Below are positions 8,201 through 17,782 of a DNA stretch of 45,781 nucleotides, piece by piece. The notes beneath the pieces were generated by a model. The model worked only from the letters and a program-made list of their open reading frames with translations, was not told where the DNA came from and did no database searches. Origin of the DNA: an uncultured Dehalococcoidia bacterium (GTDB taxonomy: Bacteria; Chloroflexota; Dehalococcoidia; Lucifugimonadales; UBA3495); the NCBI GenBank assembly GCA_950072105.1, contig CATMOE010000028.1, positions 1 through 45,781 of the forward strand. The letters are read 5' to 3'. A program made the position numbers and the translations under genes. How positions within the stretch are numbered: position 1 is the stretch's first letter; the number at the start of each line of letters is the position of its first letter.

Positions 8201-9177
8201 TCCAATCAACCGGCATGAATTCCCCGCAGCCTCAAGATGGACCGGCAATATTGACGGCAAGACAGATCCGCGCCGCCAAGATGCGCCTGGCCCTGCGGGG
8301 TCTGCGAGAGGGCTGGTCCATCTTCCTTGAAAGCCGGATAGGCGTCGTCGGCCTGGTAGTGATCATAATCTTTGCCCTCATGGCCGTGTCCCACCCTATC
8401 CTGATGGCCACGATATGGGACGACGCCACTTACAACCCGGTTACCGGGTACGCGTTCGACCAAACAGAGCAACCTGCGGCCCCGTCGTGGAGCCACCCTT
8501 TGGGTACCGACCCACTGGGCCGGGATGTTTTGAGCCAGTTGCTGTCCAGCACCTCTTCCGAGTTCATCCTGGGCATAGTGGCCGCGTTGGTAACCGTCTC
8601 CATCGCCACCACCGTGGGAGCAGTAGCCGCTTACTACGGCGGCTTGGTGGACACATTTTTCATGCGCCTGGCCGACTTGGTGGTCTCCCTCCCCGGCATC
8701 TCCTTGTTGATAGTGCTCAGCGCGCTGATCGACCTCAACCTATTTACGCTGGCGCTGGTGTTGGGACTGCTGGGCGGGTTCGGTGGGACGGCGATCGTCC
8801 TCAAGTCCCAGGCCTTGGGCATCACCGTAAAGCCTTACATCGAAGCGGCAAAAGTAGCCGGAGGGGGCCGCTTCCATATCATATTCACGCACATCGTCCC
8901 CAACCTGCTGCCCTTGTCTTTCCTCTACATGATGTTCACCGTCACTGCGGCGATATTCTCAGAGGCGGTGTTGTCCTTCTTCGGTTTGCTGAACATCCGG
9001 ATGAGCTGGGGGATAATGATCCACACCGCCAGCACAGGCGGTTATCTCTTGGGTGGAGCGCGGTACTGGTGGCTAATAGTCCCGGCGGGCGCCTCGATCA
9101 CCCTATTGTGCAGCACCTTTTATCTGGTTGGCCGGGCATTGGATGAAGTAGCCAACCCTCGGCTCAGACGCCGATGA
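8197..9177 (+). CDS. Peptide ABC transporter permease (OppC/DppC-like)
   Basis: HPLGTDPLGRD, YIEAAKVAG, HIVPN, SWG motifs; overlaps both neighbours. Confidence 0.95.
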   Translation: MIQSTGMNSPQPQDGPAILTARQIRAAKMRLALRGLREGWSIFLESRIGVVGLVVIIIFALMAVSHPILMATIWDDATYNPVTGYAFDQTEQPAAPSWSHPLGTDPLGRDVLSQLLSSTSSEFILGIVAALVTVSIATTVGAVAAYYGGLVDTFFMRLADLVVSLPGISLLIVLSALIDLNLFTLALVLGLLGGFGGTAIVLKSQALGITVKPYIEAAKVAGGGRFHIIFTHIVPNLLPLSFLYMMFTVTAAIFSEAVLSFFGLLNIRMSWGIMIHTASTGGYLLGGARYWWLIVPAGASITLLCSTFYLVGRALDEVANPRLRRR

Positions 9178-10151
9178 CCATAGAGGAAACAGCGGGCCCG
9201 GTATTGCAGGTGAAAGACCTCACCATGCATTACCAAACCCGTCAGGGCACGGTGAAGGCCGTCGATGGCATCAGTTTTGAACTGGCGCGGGGTGAGGTTT
9301 TAGGGCTAGTGGGAGAGTCCGGCTGCGGCAAGACCTCCATCGCCGTCACTTTGATGAAGCTCCTCCCAGACAACGCGCTAATCCTTAAGGGACAAGTGCT
9401 GTTGGACGGCCAAGACCTGATGACGATGGACGATACCACCTTGCGAAAGTACCGGTGGCGCCGCATATCGATGATCTTTCAGGCCGCCATGAACTCCCTG
9501 AACCCGGTCCACCGGGTCGGCGACCAGATCGTCGAGGCCATCGAAGCTCACGATATGGCCGCCACGTTGAAAGAAGCCCAGGAGACGGTGGACCGCCTAT
9601 TCCGGTTGGTGGGGTTGGACCCGAGGCTCACCGACCGGTATCCCCATGAGTTCAGCGGGGGGATGAGGCAACGGGCGGTTATCGCAATGGCATTGGCCTG
9701 CCAGCCCGACGTGATTGTCGCCGACGAGCCCACCACGGCGCTAGACGTTATCGTTCAGGACCGCATCCTGCGGCAGATCAAGGAGATCCAGACCGACCTG
9801 AACATGAGCATGATTTACATCACCCACGATATTGCCGTCGTGGCCGAAGTAACCGACCGCATCGGCGTGATGTACGCCGGCAAGCTTGTGGAGTTGGGCA
9901 GCACGGCCGATGTGTTCGAACGCCCCATTCATCCCTACACCAAGGCCCTGCTGTCGGTGTTCCCTAGCATACGGGGAGAAAAACGCCCCTTGACAACCCT
10001 TGGCGGAGAACCGCCCAACTTGGTAGATCCTCCCACAGGCTGCCGATTCCACCCGCGCTGCCCTTACGCCACCGCTATCTGCCAGCAAGAAGAACCACCG
10101 ATAGTCGTTCGCGACGGCCATTGGGCGGCCTGCTGGAACCCGGTGGGATGA
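9174..10151 (+). CDS. Peptide ABC transporter ATP-binding protein (OppD-like)
   Basis: GESGCGKT, FSGGMRQR, ADEPTTALD, C-terminal HPY and CRFHPRC. Confidence 0.96.
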   Translation: MTIEETAGPVLQVKDLTMHYQTRQGTVKAVDGISFELARGEVLGLVGESGCGKTSIAVTLMKLLPDNALILKGQVLLDGQDLMTMDDTTLRKYRWRRISMIFQAAMNSLNPVHRVGDQIVEAIEAHDMAATLKEAQETVDRLFRLVGLDPRLTDRYPHEFSGGMRQRAVIAMALACQPDVIVADEPTTALDVIVQDRILRQIKEIQTDLNMSMIYITHDIAVVAEVTDRIGVMYAGKLVELGSTADVFERPIHPYTKALLSVFPSIRGEKRPLTTLGGEPPNLVDPPTGCRFHPRCPYATAICQQEEPPIVVRDGHWAACWNPVG

Positions 10152-10238
10152 GCATATTATGCTGAAAATCTCCAGGATTGATCCACTTTTGCCCCAATCT
10201 ATAAAAGGGAGTTTGGGGGATTTCGTACGGCACCGCCG

Positions 10239-11276
10239 ATGAACTCACCGTCACCCATCGTCCAAGTAGATGGCCTGACCAAATTATTCCCCGTTTCCAA
10301 AAGCCTGTTTGGCGGGCCCAAGGGTTACATCCACGCGGTAGACGGCGTGTCCTTCGACCTCTATCCGGGACAGACGTTGGGGTTGGTGGGAGAATCGGGA
10401 TGCGGTAAAACAACCATCGGCAAGCTGCTGGTAAAGCTTCAGGAGCCCACCAGCGGGAGGATACTCTTCCGCGATACCGGACGTGAACCCAATGGGGCGG
10501 AAGAAGATGGCGCGAAAGTCGATGGCGAGTTTGACGACATATCCCAAACCAAGGGGCAACAACTAAAAGACTTCCGGCGGAAGGTCCAGATGATCTTCCA
10601 AGACCCCTATGAGTCGATGAACCCCCGGAGGACCATTTTCGACACTATAGCCGAGCCCTTATTGGTCCAGGGCATCGGCAATTCCCTGGACCGCTTGGAC
10701 CGGGTAACCAAGTTGTTGGAGTTGGTGGGGTTAACACCTCCGGCCACCATGCTGTTTCGCTATCCCCACGAACTGTCCGGCGGACAACGTCAAAGGGTAG
10801 CCATCGCCAGGGCCTTGATTATTGAGCCCAGTTTCGTAGTAGCCGATGAGCCAACCTCCATGTTGGACGTGTCCATCAGCACCGGGATAATGATGTTGAT
10901 GCTTGACCTGTCCCAGCGCCTGGGTGTGACCTATCTTTACATCACCCACGACCTGGCGGTGGCCAGGTACATGTGCCAGCGCATCGCCGTGATGTACCTG
11001 GGCAAGATCGTCGAGGTGGCCGAAACCGAGGAACTGTTGGCGAATCCATTGCACCCCTACACCAGGGCCCTGCTATCGTCCGTACCCGTGCCCGTGCCCG
11101 GTTTCCGGCGAGAACCGGTGGAAATAATCGGCGACTTATCAGCGCCCTTGAACCCGGCGCACAGGTGCCGCTTTCATGACCGGTGCCCCATAGCCGGCAA
11201 TGAGTGCCACGCCACTCCCCATCCTCCCCTGGAGGACCGGGGCGGAGGCCATCTGGTGGCTTGCTACCGGGTTTAA
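10239..11276 (+). CDS. Peptide ABC transporter ATP-binding protein (OppF-like)
   Basis: GESGCGKT, LSGGQRQR, ADEPTSMLD, HPYT, CRFHDRC. Confidence 0.96.
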   Translation: MNSPSPIVQVDGLTKLFPVSKSLFGGPKGYIHAVDGVSFDLYPGQTLGLVGESGCGKTTIGKLLVKLQEPTSGRILFRDTGREPNGAEEDGAKVDGEFDDISQTKGQQLKDFRRKVQMIFQDPYESMNPRRTIFDTIAEPLLVQGIGNSLDRLDRVTKLLELVGLTPPATMLFRYPHELSGGQRQRVAIARALIIEPSFVVADEPTSMLDVSISTGIMMLMLDLSQRLGVTYLYITHDLAVARYMCQRIAVMYLGKIVEVAETEELLANPLHPYTRALLSSVPVPVPGFRREPVEIIGDLSAPLNPAHRCRFHDRCPIAGNECHATPHPPLEDRGGGHLVACYRV

Positions 11277-11298
11277 AGTTTCGGGCACGGGGCCTGCG

Positions 11299-11327
11299 TT
11301 GACGGCCTCCCGGTCCGCTGCTAAAGT
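11299..11327 (+). promoter_or_regulatory. Putative sigma70 promoter for the DUF1501 gene
   Basis: TTGACG-17nt-TAAAGT. Confidence 0.5.
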
Positions 11328-11356
11328 GATTCCATCCCAGCCCAGGAGCTGAGCCC

Positions 11357-12484
11357 GTGACCACGACGAAGAAAGACCCGGTTTTGGTAGTGGTGCAGTT
11401 GACCGGCGCCAACGACTACATGAACACGGTCATCCCCTACGCAGATCCGCTCTACTACGACAATCGTCCCACGGTAGGCATACCCGAGGACCGGGTCTTG
11501 CCCATCGACGATCAGGTCGGTTTTAACCCGGCATGCGGCCCCATCAAAGAGCTGTACGACCAGGGCAAGGTGGCCATCATCAATGGGGTTGGCTATCCCA
11601 GTCCCAACCGGTCCCACTTCCGCTCCATGGACATCTGGCATACTTGCGAGCCGGAAAAGATTGCCACAGAAGGCTGGCTGGGGCGGGTCATCCGCGACTT
11701 GGATCCCAAGGCGGAAAACGTGTTGACGGGAGTCAACTTTGGACGCGGACTACCCCGGGCCTTGGCTCTGCCCGGCGTTCCCGTGGCGTCGGTGGGTAAT
11801 TTGGCATCGTACGGCGTGCTGACTGGAATATCAGACCAGGAGCGCCGGACCGAGGCTTTGGACATTTTCGCCCGCATGTATGCCCCGGTATCTGGGACCG
11901 GCCCGGTCATGGATTATCTCGGCCAAACCGGCCTGAACGCGCTGCAAGGCGCGGACATCTTGAAGACCGCGCCCGGCAAATACCGATCGACAGTCGAGTA
12001 CGGCGACAACCCCATCTCCCAAAACCTGAAAGGAATCGCCCAGGTGTTATTGGCGGATCTGGGGACCCGTATCTTCTACACTCAGCAAAGCGGTTTCGAC
12101 ACCCACGCCAACCAAGTGCCCACCCAGCCGATGCTGCTGGGGGAGCTTTCCCAAGGGATCGGGGACTTTTACGCCGATCTTCGGGAGCACGACGCGTCGG
12201 ACAACGTGCTGATGTTCGTGTTCACCGAGTTCGGACGCCGGGTTAAGGACAACGGTTCCGGCACCGACCACGGCTCCGGCGGGATGTCGATGGCCATCGG
12301 CGATCCGGTGAAAGGCGGCATGCACGGCGAGTATCCCTCGTTGAAAGAGGAGGACCTGTTGGAGGGCGACCTGTGCTTCAACATCGACTTCAGGGGTGTT
12401 TACGGGACCATGGTGGAAAGGTGGCTGGGATTGGACGCCAAGCCGGTGGTGGGGGGGAGTTTCGAGCAACTGGGGTTCCTGTAA
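11357..12484 (+). CDS. DUF1501 family protein
   Basis: LVVVQLTGANDYMNTVIPY, NRSHFRSMDIW, GFDTHANQ, TEFGRRV..NGSGTDHG. Confidence 0.9.
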   Translation: MTTTKKDPVLVVVQLTGANDYMNTVIPYADPLYYDNRPTVGIPEDRVLPIDDQVGFNPACGPIKELYDQGKVAIINGVGYPSPNRSHFRSMDIWHTCEPEKIATEGWLGRVIRDLDPKAENVLTGVNFGRGLPRALALPGVPVASVGNLASYGVLTGISDQERRTEALDIFARMYAPVSGTGPVMDYLGQTGLNALQGADILKTAPGKYRSTVEYGDNPISQNLKGIAQVLLADLGTRIFYTQQSGFDTHANQVPTQPMLLGELSQGIGDFYADLREHDASDNVLMFVFTEFGRRVKDNGSGTDHGSGGMSMAIGDPVKGGMHGEYPSLKEEDLLEGDLCFNIDFRGVYGTMVERWLGLDAKPVVGGSFEQLGFL

Positions 12485-12556
12485 CGTCCGGCAGTTCACC
12501 AGGCGCGCCAAACCGGATTGTTCCGTAGCCAATGCTTGGATTCCTACCCGGCGCTG

Positions 12557-12623
12557 TGGCTCGACAAGCCTACTACGAACGGCGGGAGTTCTCTTATCCG
12601 TTAGCCATGAGCCTGTCGAACGG
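12557..12623. repeat. REP-like repeat family A, degenerate copy
   Basis: TCGACAAGCCT..ACGAACGG...CCGTT..TGAGCCTGTCGAA between convergent genes. Confidence 0.55.
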
Positions 12624-12651
12624 CCCCTCCCAATTGACTCCGGAAATGATT

Positions 12652-12885
12652 TTACCCCGCCGCTACGCAAGTAATGGTGCGAATCACGCCCTTAAGTCCC
12701 TGGACCTGACCGGTCACCAGATCGGCCACCGCCGCCATATCCGGGGCTTCGATCAGCGCGATGACATCGAACGGCCCGGTGATGACGTCAACCGTCTGAA
12801 CCTTGTCGAAAGAACGCAACGAGTCCGCGACACCCCTGGCCATTCCTACCTGGGTTTCGATCAGTATGTAGGCTCTAGTTCCCAT
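12652..12885 (-). CDS. Stand-alone Lrp/AsnC ligand-binding domain protein
   Basis: RAYILI..., TGPFDVIA, GVIRTITC; 77 aa with no HTH; SD AGGAG. Confidence 0.88.
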   Translation of the reverse strand: MGTRAYILIETQVGMARGVADSLRSFDKVQTVDVITGPFDVIALIEAPDMAAVADLVTGQVQGLKGVIRTITCVAAG

Positions 12886-12917
12886 GGGATGCTCCTGTCT
12901 GGCGTATTTAGACTATC

Positions 12918-13304
12918 TTATCCTGGAATACATGCCGTGGAGGTTATCTCCACCAGGTTATCGGCCGCGCCGAACTCGACGATGATTGCCGTGCGCGCCG
13001 GCCGGTCATCTTTGAAATATTCTCCGTAGACTTCGTTGAACCCCTCCAGGTCTTCTTTGCGAGCCAAGTAGCAGGTGTTGGTCATCACGTTGTCCAGAGA
13101 CGTTCCAGCGGCTTCCAAAATAAGCTTGATCCGGTCAATGGTGAACCGTGTCTGCTCTCTTATGTCTTTGCCGGTGGCGTTGGTGGTTGGATGGCGGCCG
13201 GTGCACCCTTGCACGAACACCATGTTTCCGAATCGGGTAGCCTGGGAAAGCAGGCCCCTGCCGGGAGCCAGTTTATCGCTGGAGACTATCTCTTTCTTCG
13301 GCAT
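12918..13304 (-). CDS. RidA/YjgF family enamine/imine deaminase
   Basis: LEAAGTSLDNV, FNEVYGEYF, RPART (catalytic Arg), VEI; likely start MPKKEIV at 13304. Confidence 0.9.
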   Translation of the reverse strand: MPKKEIVSSDKLAPGRGLLSQATRFGNMVFVQGCTGRHPTTNATGKDIREQTRFTIDRIKLILEAAGTSLDNVMTNTCYLARKEDLEGFNEVYGEYFKDDRPARTAIIVEFGAADNLVEITSTACIPG

Positions 13305-13381
13305 CGCTACACCTCGCAAAACATCTTCTAAAACCCTATCGCCAAGCCTGGAATCTCGAGCCTGGATTTCAAGGAAATTTT

Positions 13382-13409
13382 ATTATATCCCGGCGTCACA
13401 AGGTGTCAA
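13382..13409 (-). promoter_or_regulatory. Sigma70 promoter for the ridA-asnC pair
   Basis: Minus strand TTGACA-16nt-TATAAT, both hexamers consensus. Confidence 0.7.
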
Positions 13410-13639
13410 ACGGTCCGAATCTTGGCGCCGGCGTTGCATCTGGAAGCCTGGCAGTTTTCGTAGGGACATCGATCGTCCAAAACATATTGCACCAACGCCA
13501 CCTAAACAGCTACAATTACCGCAGAACCGAAGGCTGGGATTCATCCCGCCGGAGGCCTGGTCAAAACTAGCCGGGCCGGTTGATCTGGTTGGGTGACTTA
13601 ACCTGCATATTGGTACCCTAAACCGAAGGGGGATGCTAA

Positions 13640-15679
13640 ATGCCCAACGTAGATGTCGGAAACATCAGAAACGTGGTTCTACTGTCGCACAGCGGCGCCG
13701 GCAAGACGTCTCTCAGCGAAGCCCTGATCTTCAATTCCAAGCACGTTACGCGTCTTGGCCGGATCGAGGATGGCAACACCGTCTCCGATTTCGAGCCGGA
13801 GGAGATCAAGCGTAGCAGCAGCGTCCAGACTACTCTGATCGCTTGTGAAGCAGACGGCTACAAAGTCAACTACCTGGATACTCCAGGATATGACGACTTT
13901 CAAGGCGAAGTTACCGCCGCGTTACGGGTTGTTGAATCAGCTTTGATCCTACTGGCCGCGCCTTCCGGCGTAGACGTTGGCACCGAGCGGGCCTGGACCC
14001 TGGCCAAGGACCAGGGTTTGCCCAGGATGTTCTTGGTCAACAAGATGGATAGGGAAAATGCGGACTTCGACCGTTGCGTGTCCGAGATTCAAGCAACCTT
14101 CGGGACCCACTGCGTTCCCTTTCAAATACCCATCGGAAACGCCCAGGACTTCAAGGGGGTCGTCAGCGTGATTCATCCCCCTGCTGACGCCCCCGGAGAG
14201 ATCGCCGCCGAGTTGGAGGCTGCCAGAGAACGTCTGATCGAGGCCGTGGCGGAAACAGATGACGCCTTGGCCGACAGATACCTGGAAGGGGAAGAACTGA
14301 CCAGTGAAGAGATAGCGACCGCCGTCCGGACCGGCATTCTTAACGGCGATCTCGTGCCCATTTTGGCTGCCTCGGCCACCGATAACGTGGGTGTGGAAGA
14401 GTGTATGGCCTTGGTAAGGGAATTCTTGCCTTCGCCCAAAGACGGTATCAAGCCTGAAATGTCCAGCGGCGCTGACGGATTCGAGGCCGATGCCAACGGA
14501 CCGCTAGCCGCTTTCGTATTCAAAACCACTGCCGACCCATTCGTGGGCAAACTGTCCGTTTTCCGGGTCTATCGCGGCGTCATCAAGAGCAACTCGGAGG
14601 TTTGGAACAACGTCCGGGAGAACAATGAGCGCATCGGACAGTTATATCTGCCTCGAGGCAAATCTCAGGAGAACGTGACCGAAGTTAGCGCCGGAGACAT
14701 CGGCGCCATCGGTAAGCTTTCCGAGACGTTGACCGGAGATACGTTATGTCTCCGGGAACAGCCGGTTAGCTTCGAGCCGATCGACTTTCCGGTAGGGTTC
14801 TATCGGGTGGCCGTGTCTCCCGCGACTAAAGCCGACCTGGACAAAATGTCCACATCCCTGGCCCGCATCGTGGAAGAGGACCCCACATTACGATATTCCC
14901 GGGACCCAGACACCGCCGAATCGCTGATCTCCGGCCTGGGCGACGCCCAGATCGATGTGGCCATGGACAAGATACGGCGCAAGTTTGGCGCCGACCTAAG
15001 AGTCAAGATGCCGAAGGTGGCCTACAAAGAAACCATCACCCAGACGATCAGGTCCGAATACCGGCACAAGAAACAGTCCGGCGGACACGGGCAGTACGGC
15101 CATGTAGTCATCCGTCTAGAGCCCATGGAGCGTACCGCGGGGTTCGAGTTCGGCACCGAGGTTGTTGGCGGAAAGGTGCCCAGGGAGTACTTCCCATCGG
15201 TAGAGAAGGGCGTTATAAAGGCCATGGATGAGGGAGTTTTGGCCGGATTCCCCATGGTGGACATGAAGGCCGTGCTTTGCGACGGAAGCTTCCACGACGT
15301 GGACTCTTCGGGAATGTCATTTGAGATCGCCGGCAACCAGGCCATGCGCAAAGGAGTGGCCGACGCCAGTCCCATCCTGCTGGAGCCGATCATGAAGCTG
15401 CACGTTACCGTGCCCGACGCCTACACCGGGGAGGTAATGAGCGACCTGCAGGGCAAACGGGCCCGTATTCTGGGCATGACCCCCATGGATGGAAGCACCG
15501 AGATCGAAGCTGAAGTACCTCAAGGTGCGGTGCAACGTTACTCCCAGGACCTTCGGTCGGTCAGCCAAGGCCGAGGCGTTTACCGGTTGGTGTTCGACCA
15601 CTACGATCCTCTACCGCCCGACATGCAAATGAAAGTCATCGAAGAAACCAAACGGGCCAAGGAAGAGGAAAAAGTTTAG
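13640..15679 (+). CDS. Elongation factor G paralogue (EF-G2 type)
   Basis: HSGAGKTS, DTPGYDDF, NKMD, KKQSGGHGQYG, DGSFHDVDSS; stand-alone, outside the str operon. Confidence 0.93.
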   Translation: MPNVDVGNIRNVVLLSHSGAGKTSLSEALIFNSKHVTRLGRIEDGNTVSDFEPEEIKRSSSVQTTLIACEADGYKVNYLDTPGYDDFQGEVTAALRVVESALILLAAPSGVDVGTERAWTLAKDQGLPRMFLVNKMDRENADFDRCVSEIQATFGTHCVPFQIPIGNAQDFKGVVSVIHPPADAPGEIAAELEAARERLIEAVAETDDALADRYLEGEELTSEEIATAVRTGILNGDLVPILAASATDNVGVEECMALVREFLPSPKDGIKPEMSSGADGFEADANGPLAAFVFKTTADPFVGKLSVFRVYRGVIKSNSEVWNNVRENNERIGQLYLPRGKSQENVTEVSAGDIGAIGKLSETLTGDTLCLREQPVSFEPIDFPVGFYRVAVSPATKADLDKMSTSLARIVEEDPTLRYSRDPDTAESLISGLGDAQIDVAMDKIRRKFGADLRVKMPKVAYKETITQTIRSEYRHKKQSGGHGQYGHVVIRLEPMERTAGFEFGTEVVGGKVPREYFPSVEKGVIKAMDEGVLAGFPMVDMKAVLCDGSFHDVDSSGMSFEIAGNQAMRKGVADASPILLEPIMKLHVTVPDAYTGEVMSDLQGKRARILGMTPMDGSTEIEAEVPQGAVQRYSQDLRSVSQGRGVYRLVFDHYDPLPPDMQMKVIEETKRAKEEEKV

Positions 15680-15712
15680 TCCAAAAGCTCGGTTCGGAAC
15701 AAGCACCAAATC

Positions 15713-15743
15713 ACAAGAGCCCCGGTCACCCCGGGGCTCTTGT
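15713..15743. terminator. Hairpin between convergent EF-G2 and mutase genes
   Basis: ACAAGAGCCCCGG-TCACC-CCGGGGCTCTTGT, 13-bp stem. Confidence 0.75.
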
Positions 15744-15761
15744 ACGTTTCTGCCATCTTTG

Positions 15762-15828
15762 CCGTTCTTGGCCAGCCCGTCGAACATTCCTTCGGCGGAA
15801 GGACCCGTAGACAGGTTCAGGGCGAACG
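15762..15828. repeat. REP-like repeat family A, degenerate copy
   Basis: Aligns by eye with 6963-7028: CGTTC..GTCGAAC..CCTTC.GC.GA.GGACCC..GACA..TCAGGGCGAACG. Confidence 0.65.
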
Positions 15829-15861
15829 AGCGATCCTAACAGCTATTCCCAAGCCTGGGCC

Positions 15862-17526
15862 CTAGAATCCCCACGAGGGCTGGTATTCGCCGAAGACGCC
15901 CCGCATGACGTCCATCATTTCTCCCAATGTGGCGTAGGATTTGACCGCCTCCACCAACGGCGGCATCAGATTGTCCGAACCCTTGGCGGCTTGTTCCAAC
16001 GCCCGCAGTTTTTCCGCCACGTCGCGATTGTCCCGAGTGCGCCGTATCTCGTTCAACCGGTCTACTTGCCGCCGCTCTCCCTCCCGGTCAACCCGTAGCA
16101 GGGGTATCTCAAGAGCGTCGTCGGTGCAATGCTCATTGACGCCCACCGTGATCCGCTCTTTACGGTCCTCTTCCATCTGATAGATATACGACGCGTCGGC
16201 GATCTCTCTCTGTAAGAAGCCACTCTCAAGGGCCGCCATGACCCCGCCCATATCGTCGATGCGTCGAAAATAGTCGTAGGCCGCGGCTTCCAGTTGGTTG
16301 GTCATCGACTCTACAAAGTAGCTGCCACCTAGCGGGTCAACGGTATCGGTGACTCCCGTTTCGTGGGCGATGATCTGCTGGGTGCGTAGGGCTAGAAGAG
16401 CCGCGTCCTCTGAAGGTAGAGCCCAGGCTTCGTCCTTACCGTTGGTATGCAGCGACTGGCAGCCGCCAAGGACCGCGGCCAATGCCTGCATGGACACCCT
16501 GGCCACGTTGTTCTCCGGCTGCTGAGCCGTCAGGCTGGCTCCGGAAGTCTGGGCATGGAACCGTAGCCACGCCGAACGGGGGTTCTGGGCCTTGAACGTC
16601 TCCGTCATCTCCCGGGCCCAGATACGCCGGGCCGCGCGGAATTTGGCGATCTCCTCGAAGAAATTGTTGTGCACGTTGAAGAAGAAGCTGAGCCTGGGAA
16701 CGAAGTCGTCGATGGCCAGTCCCCGGGCGACGCAACGGCGCACGTACTCAAACCCATCGGCCAGGGTGAAAGCCAGCTCCTGCACCGCATTGGACCCCGC
16801 CTCCCGGATGTGGTAACCGCTGATGCTGATGGGGTTCCAGCGGGGCATGTGCTTCGTGGCGAACTCCACGGTGTCCACCACCAGCCGCATTGAAGGTTCG
16901 GGCGGGAATATGTACTCGTTCTGGGCGATGTACTCCTTGAGGATGTCGTTCTGCAAGGTACCGCCGACTTTACTCAGATCAGCCCCTTGTTTTTCCGCGA
17001 CGGCGATGAACATGGCCCAGATGATGGCTGCCGGGCTGTTGATGGTCATGGAGGTGGTGACGTCCTCAAGGCTGATGCCGTCGAAGAGTGTCTCCATGTC
17101 GGCCATAGTGGAGATCGCCACGCCGCACGTGCCAAACTCGCCGGCTGCCCTGGGGTCGTCGGTGTCATAACCGTAAAGGGTGGGCATGTCGAAGGCGACG
17201 CTCAGGCCGGTTTCGCCGTTGCCCAGCAAGACTTTAAAACGTTCATTGGTTTCTTCGGCCAGACCGAACCCGGCGAACATGCGCATGGTCCACAAACGTG
17301 CCCGGTAACCTGTGGGATGGACCCCCCTCAAGTAGGGATACTCCCCCGGTAGTCCGACGTCTCGCAGATAGTCAGAATCCGGCAGGTCCTCAGGAGTGTA
17401 TACCTCTTTCACCGGGATCTGAGAGGGGGTCTTGTAGTCCTGGCGGCGTTGCTCAACGCTAGAGTGATCGTCGCGCCACTGGCTGATATGGCTACGCAAC
17501 CGCTCCGAATCTTCAGAGGGAGACAA
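15862..17526 (-). CDS. B12-dependent acyl-CoA mutase large subunit (isobutyryl-CoA mutase-like)
   Basis: [62 protein letters not shown]; no C-terminal DxHxxG cobalamin domain. Confidence 0.9.
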   Translation of the reverse strand: MSPSEDSERLRSHISQWRDDHSSVEQRRQDYKTPSQIPVKEVYTPEDLPDSDYLRDVGLPGEYPYLRGVHPTGYRARLWTMRMFAGFGLAEETNERFKVLLGNGETGLSVAFDMPTLYGYDTDDPRAAGEFGTCGVAISTMADMETLFDGISLEDVTTSMTINSPAAIIWAMFIAVAEKQGADLSKVGGTLQNDILKEYIAQNEYIFPPEPSMRLVVDTVEFATKHMPRWNPISISGYHIREAGSNAVQELAFTLADGFEYVRRCVARGLAIDDFVPRLSFFFNVHNNFFEEIAKFRAARRIWAREMTETFKAQNPRSAWLRFHAQTSGASLTAQQPENNVARVSMQALAAVLGGCQSLHTNGKDEAWALPSEDAALLALRTQQIIAHETGVTDTVDPLGGSYFVESMTNQLEAAAYDYFRRIDDMGGVMAALESGFLQREIADASYIYQMEEDRKERITVGVNEHCTDDALEIPLLRVDREGERRQVDRLNEIRRTRDNRDVAEKLRALEQAAKGSDNLMPPLVEAVKSYATLGEMMDVMRGVFGEYQPSWGF

Positions 17527-17592
17527 TGGGCACCTCCAGGGAGACTGAGAAGGATCGGTTCGGGCTGATCCCCGAAACTGTTTCTAGCATCC

Positions 17593-17621
17593 AGTCTAGA
17601 TTGGCCTGAAAGGGGTGTCAA
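17593..17621 (-). promoter_or_regulatory. Putative sigma70 promoter for the mutase gene
   Basis: Minus strand TTGACA-17nt-TAGACT. Confidence 0.6.
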
Positions 17622-17638
17622 CGTGAAGGGAGGCAATC

Positions 17639-17736
17639 TAATCCCCTCCTTCGTAAGGAGGGGATTAGGGGAGGTCGTTCCGCGGGGAGGTCACGACCCC
17701 CCTGTGGTCCGCCCTTCGTAAGGAGGGACGGGGAAA
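17639..17736. repeat. REP-like repeat family B, two tandem units (may also terminate tyrS)
   Basis: TAATCCCCTCCTT-CGT-AAGGAGGGGATTA (13-bp stem) and a second CCCTTCGTAAGGAGGG unit. Confidence 0.65.
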
Positions 17737-17782
17737 ATGACCATTCGTAATGGGAAGGGAACGTGGAAGGCGGGAACGGCGG

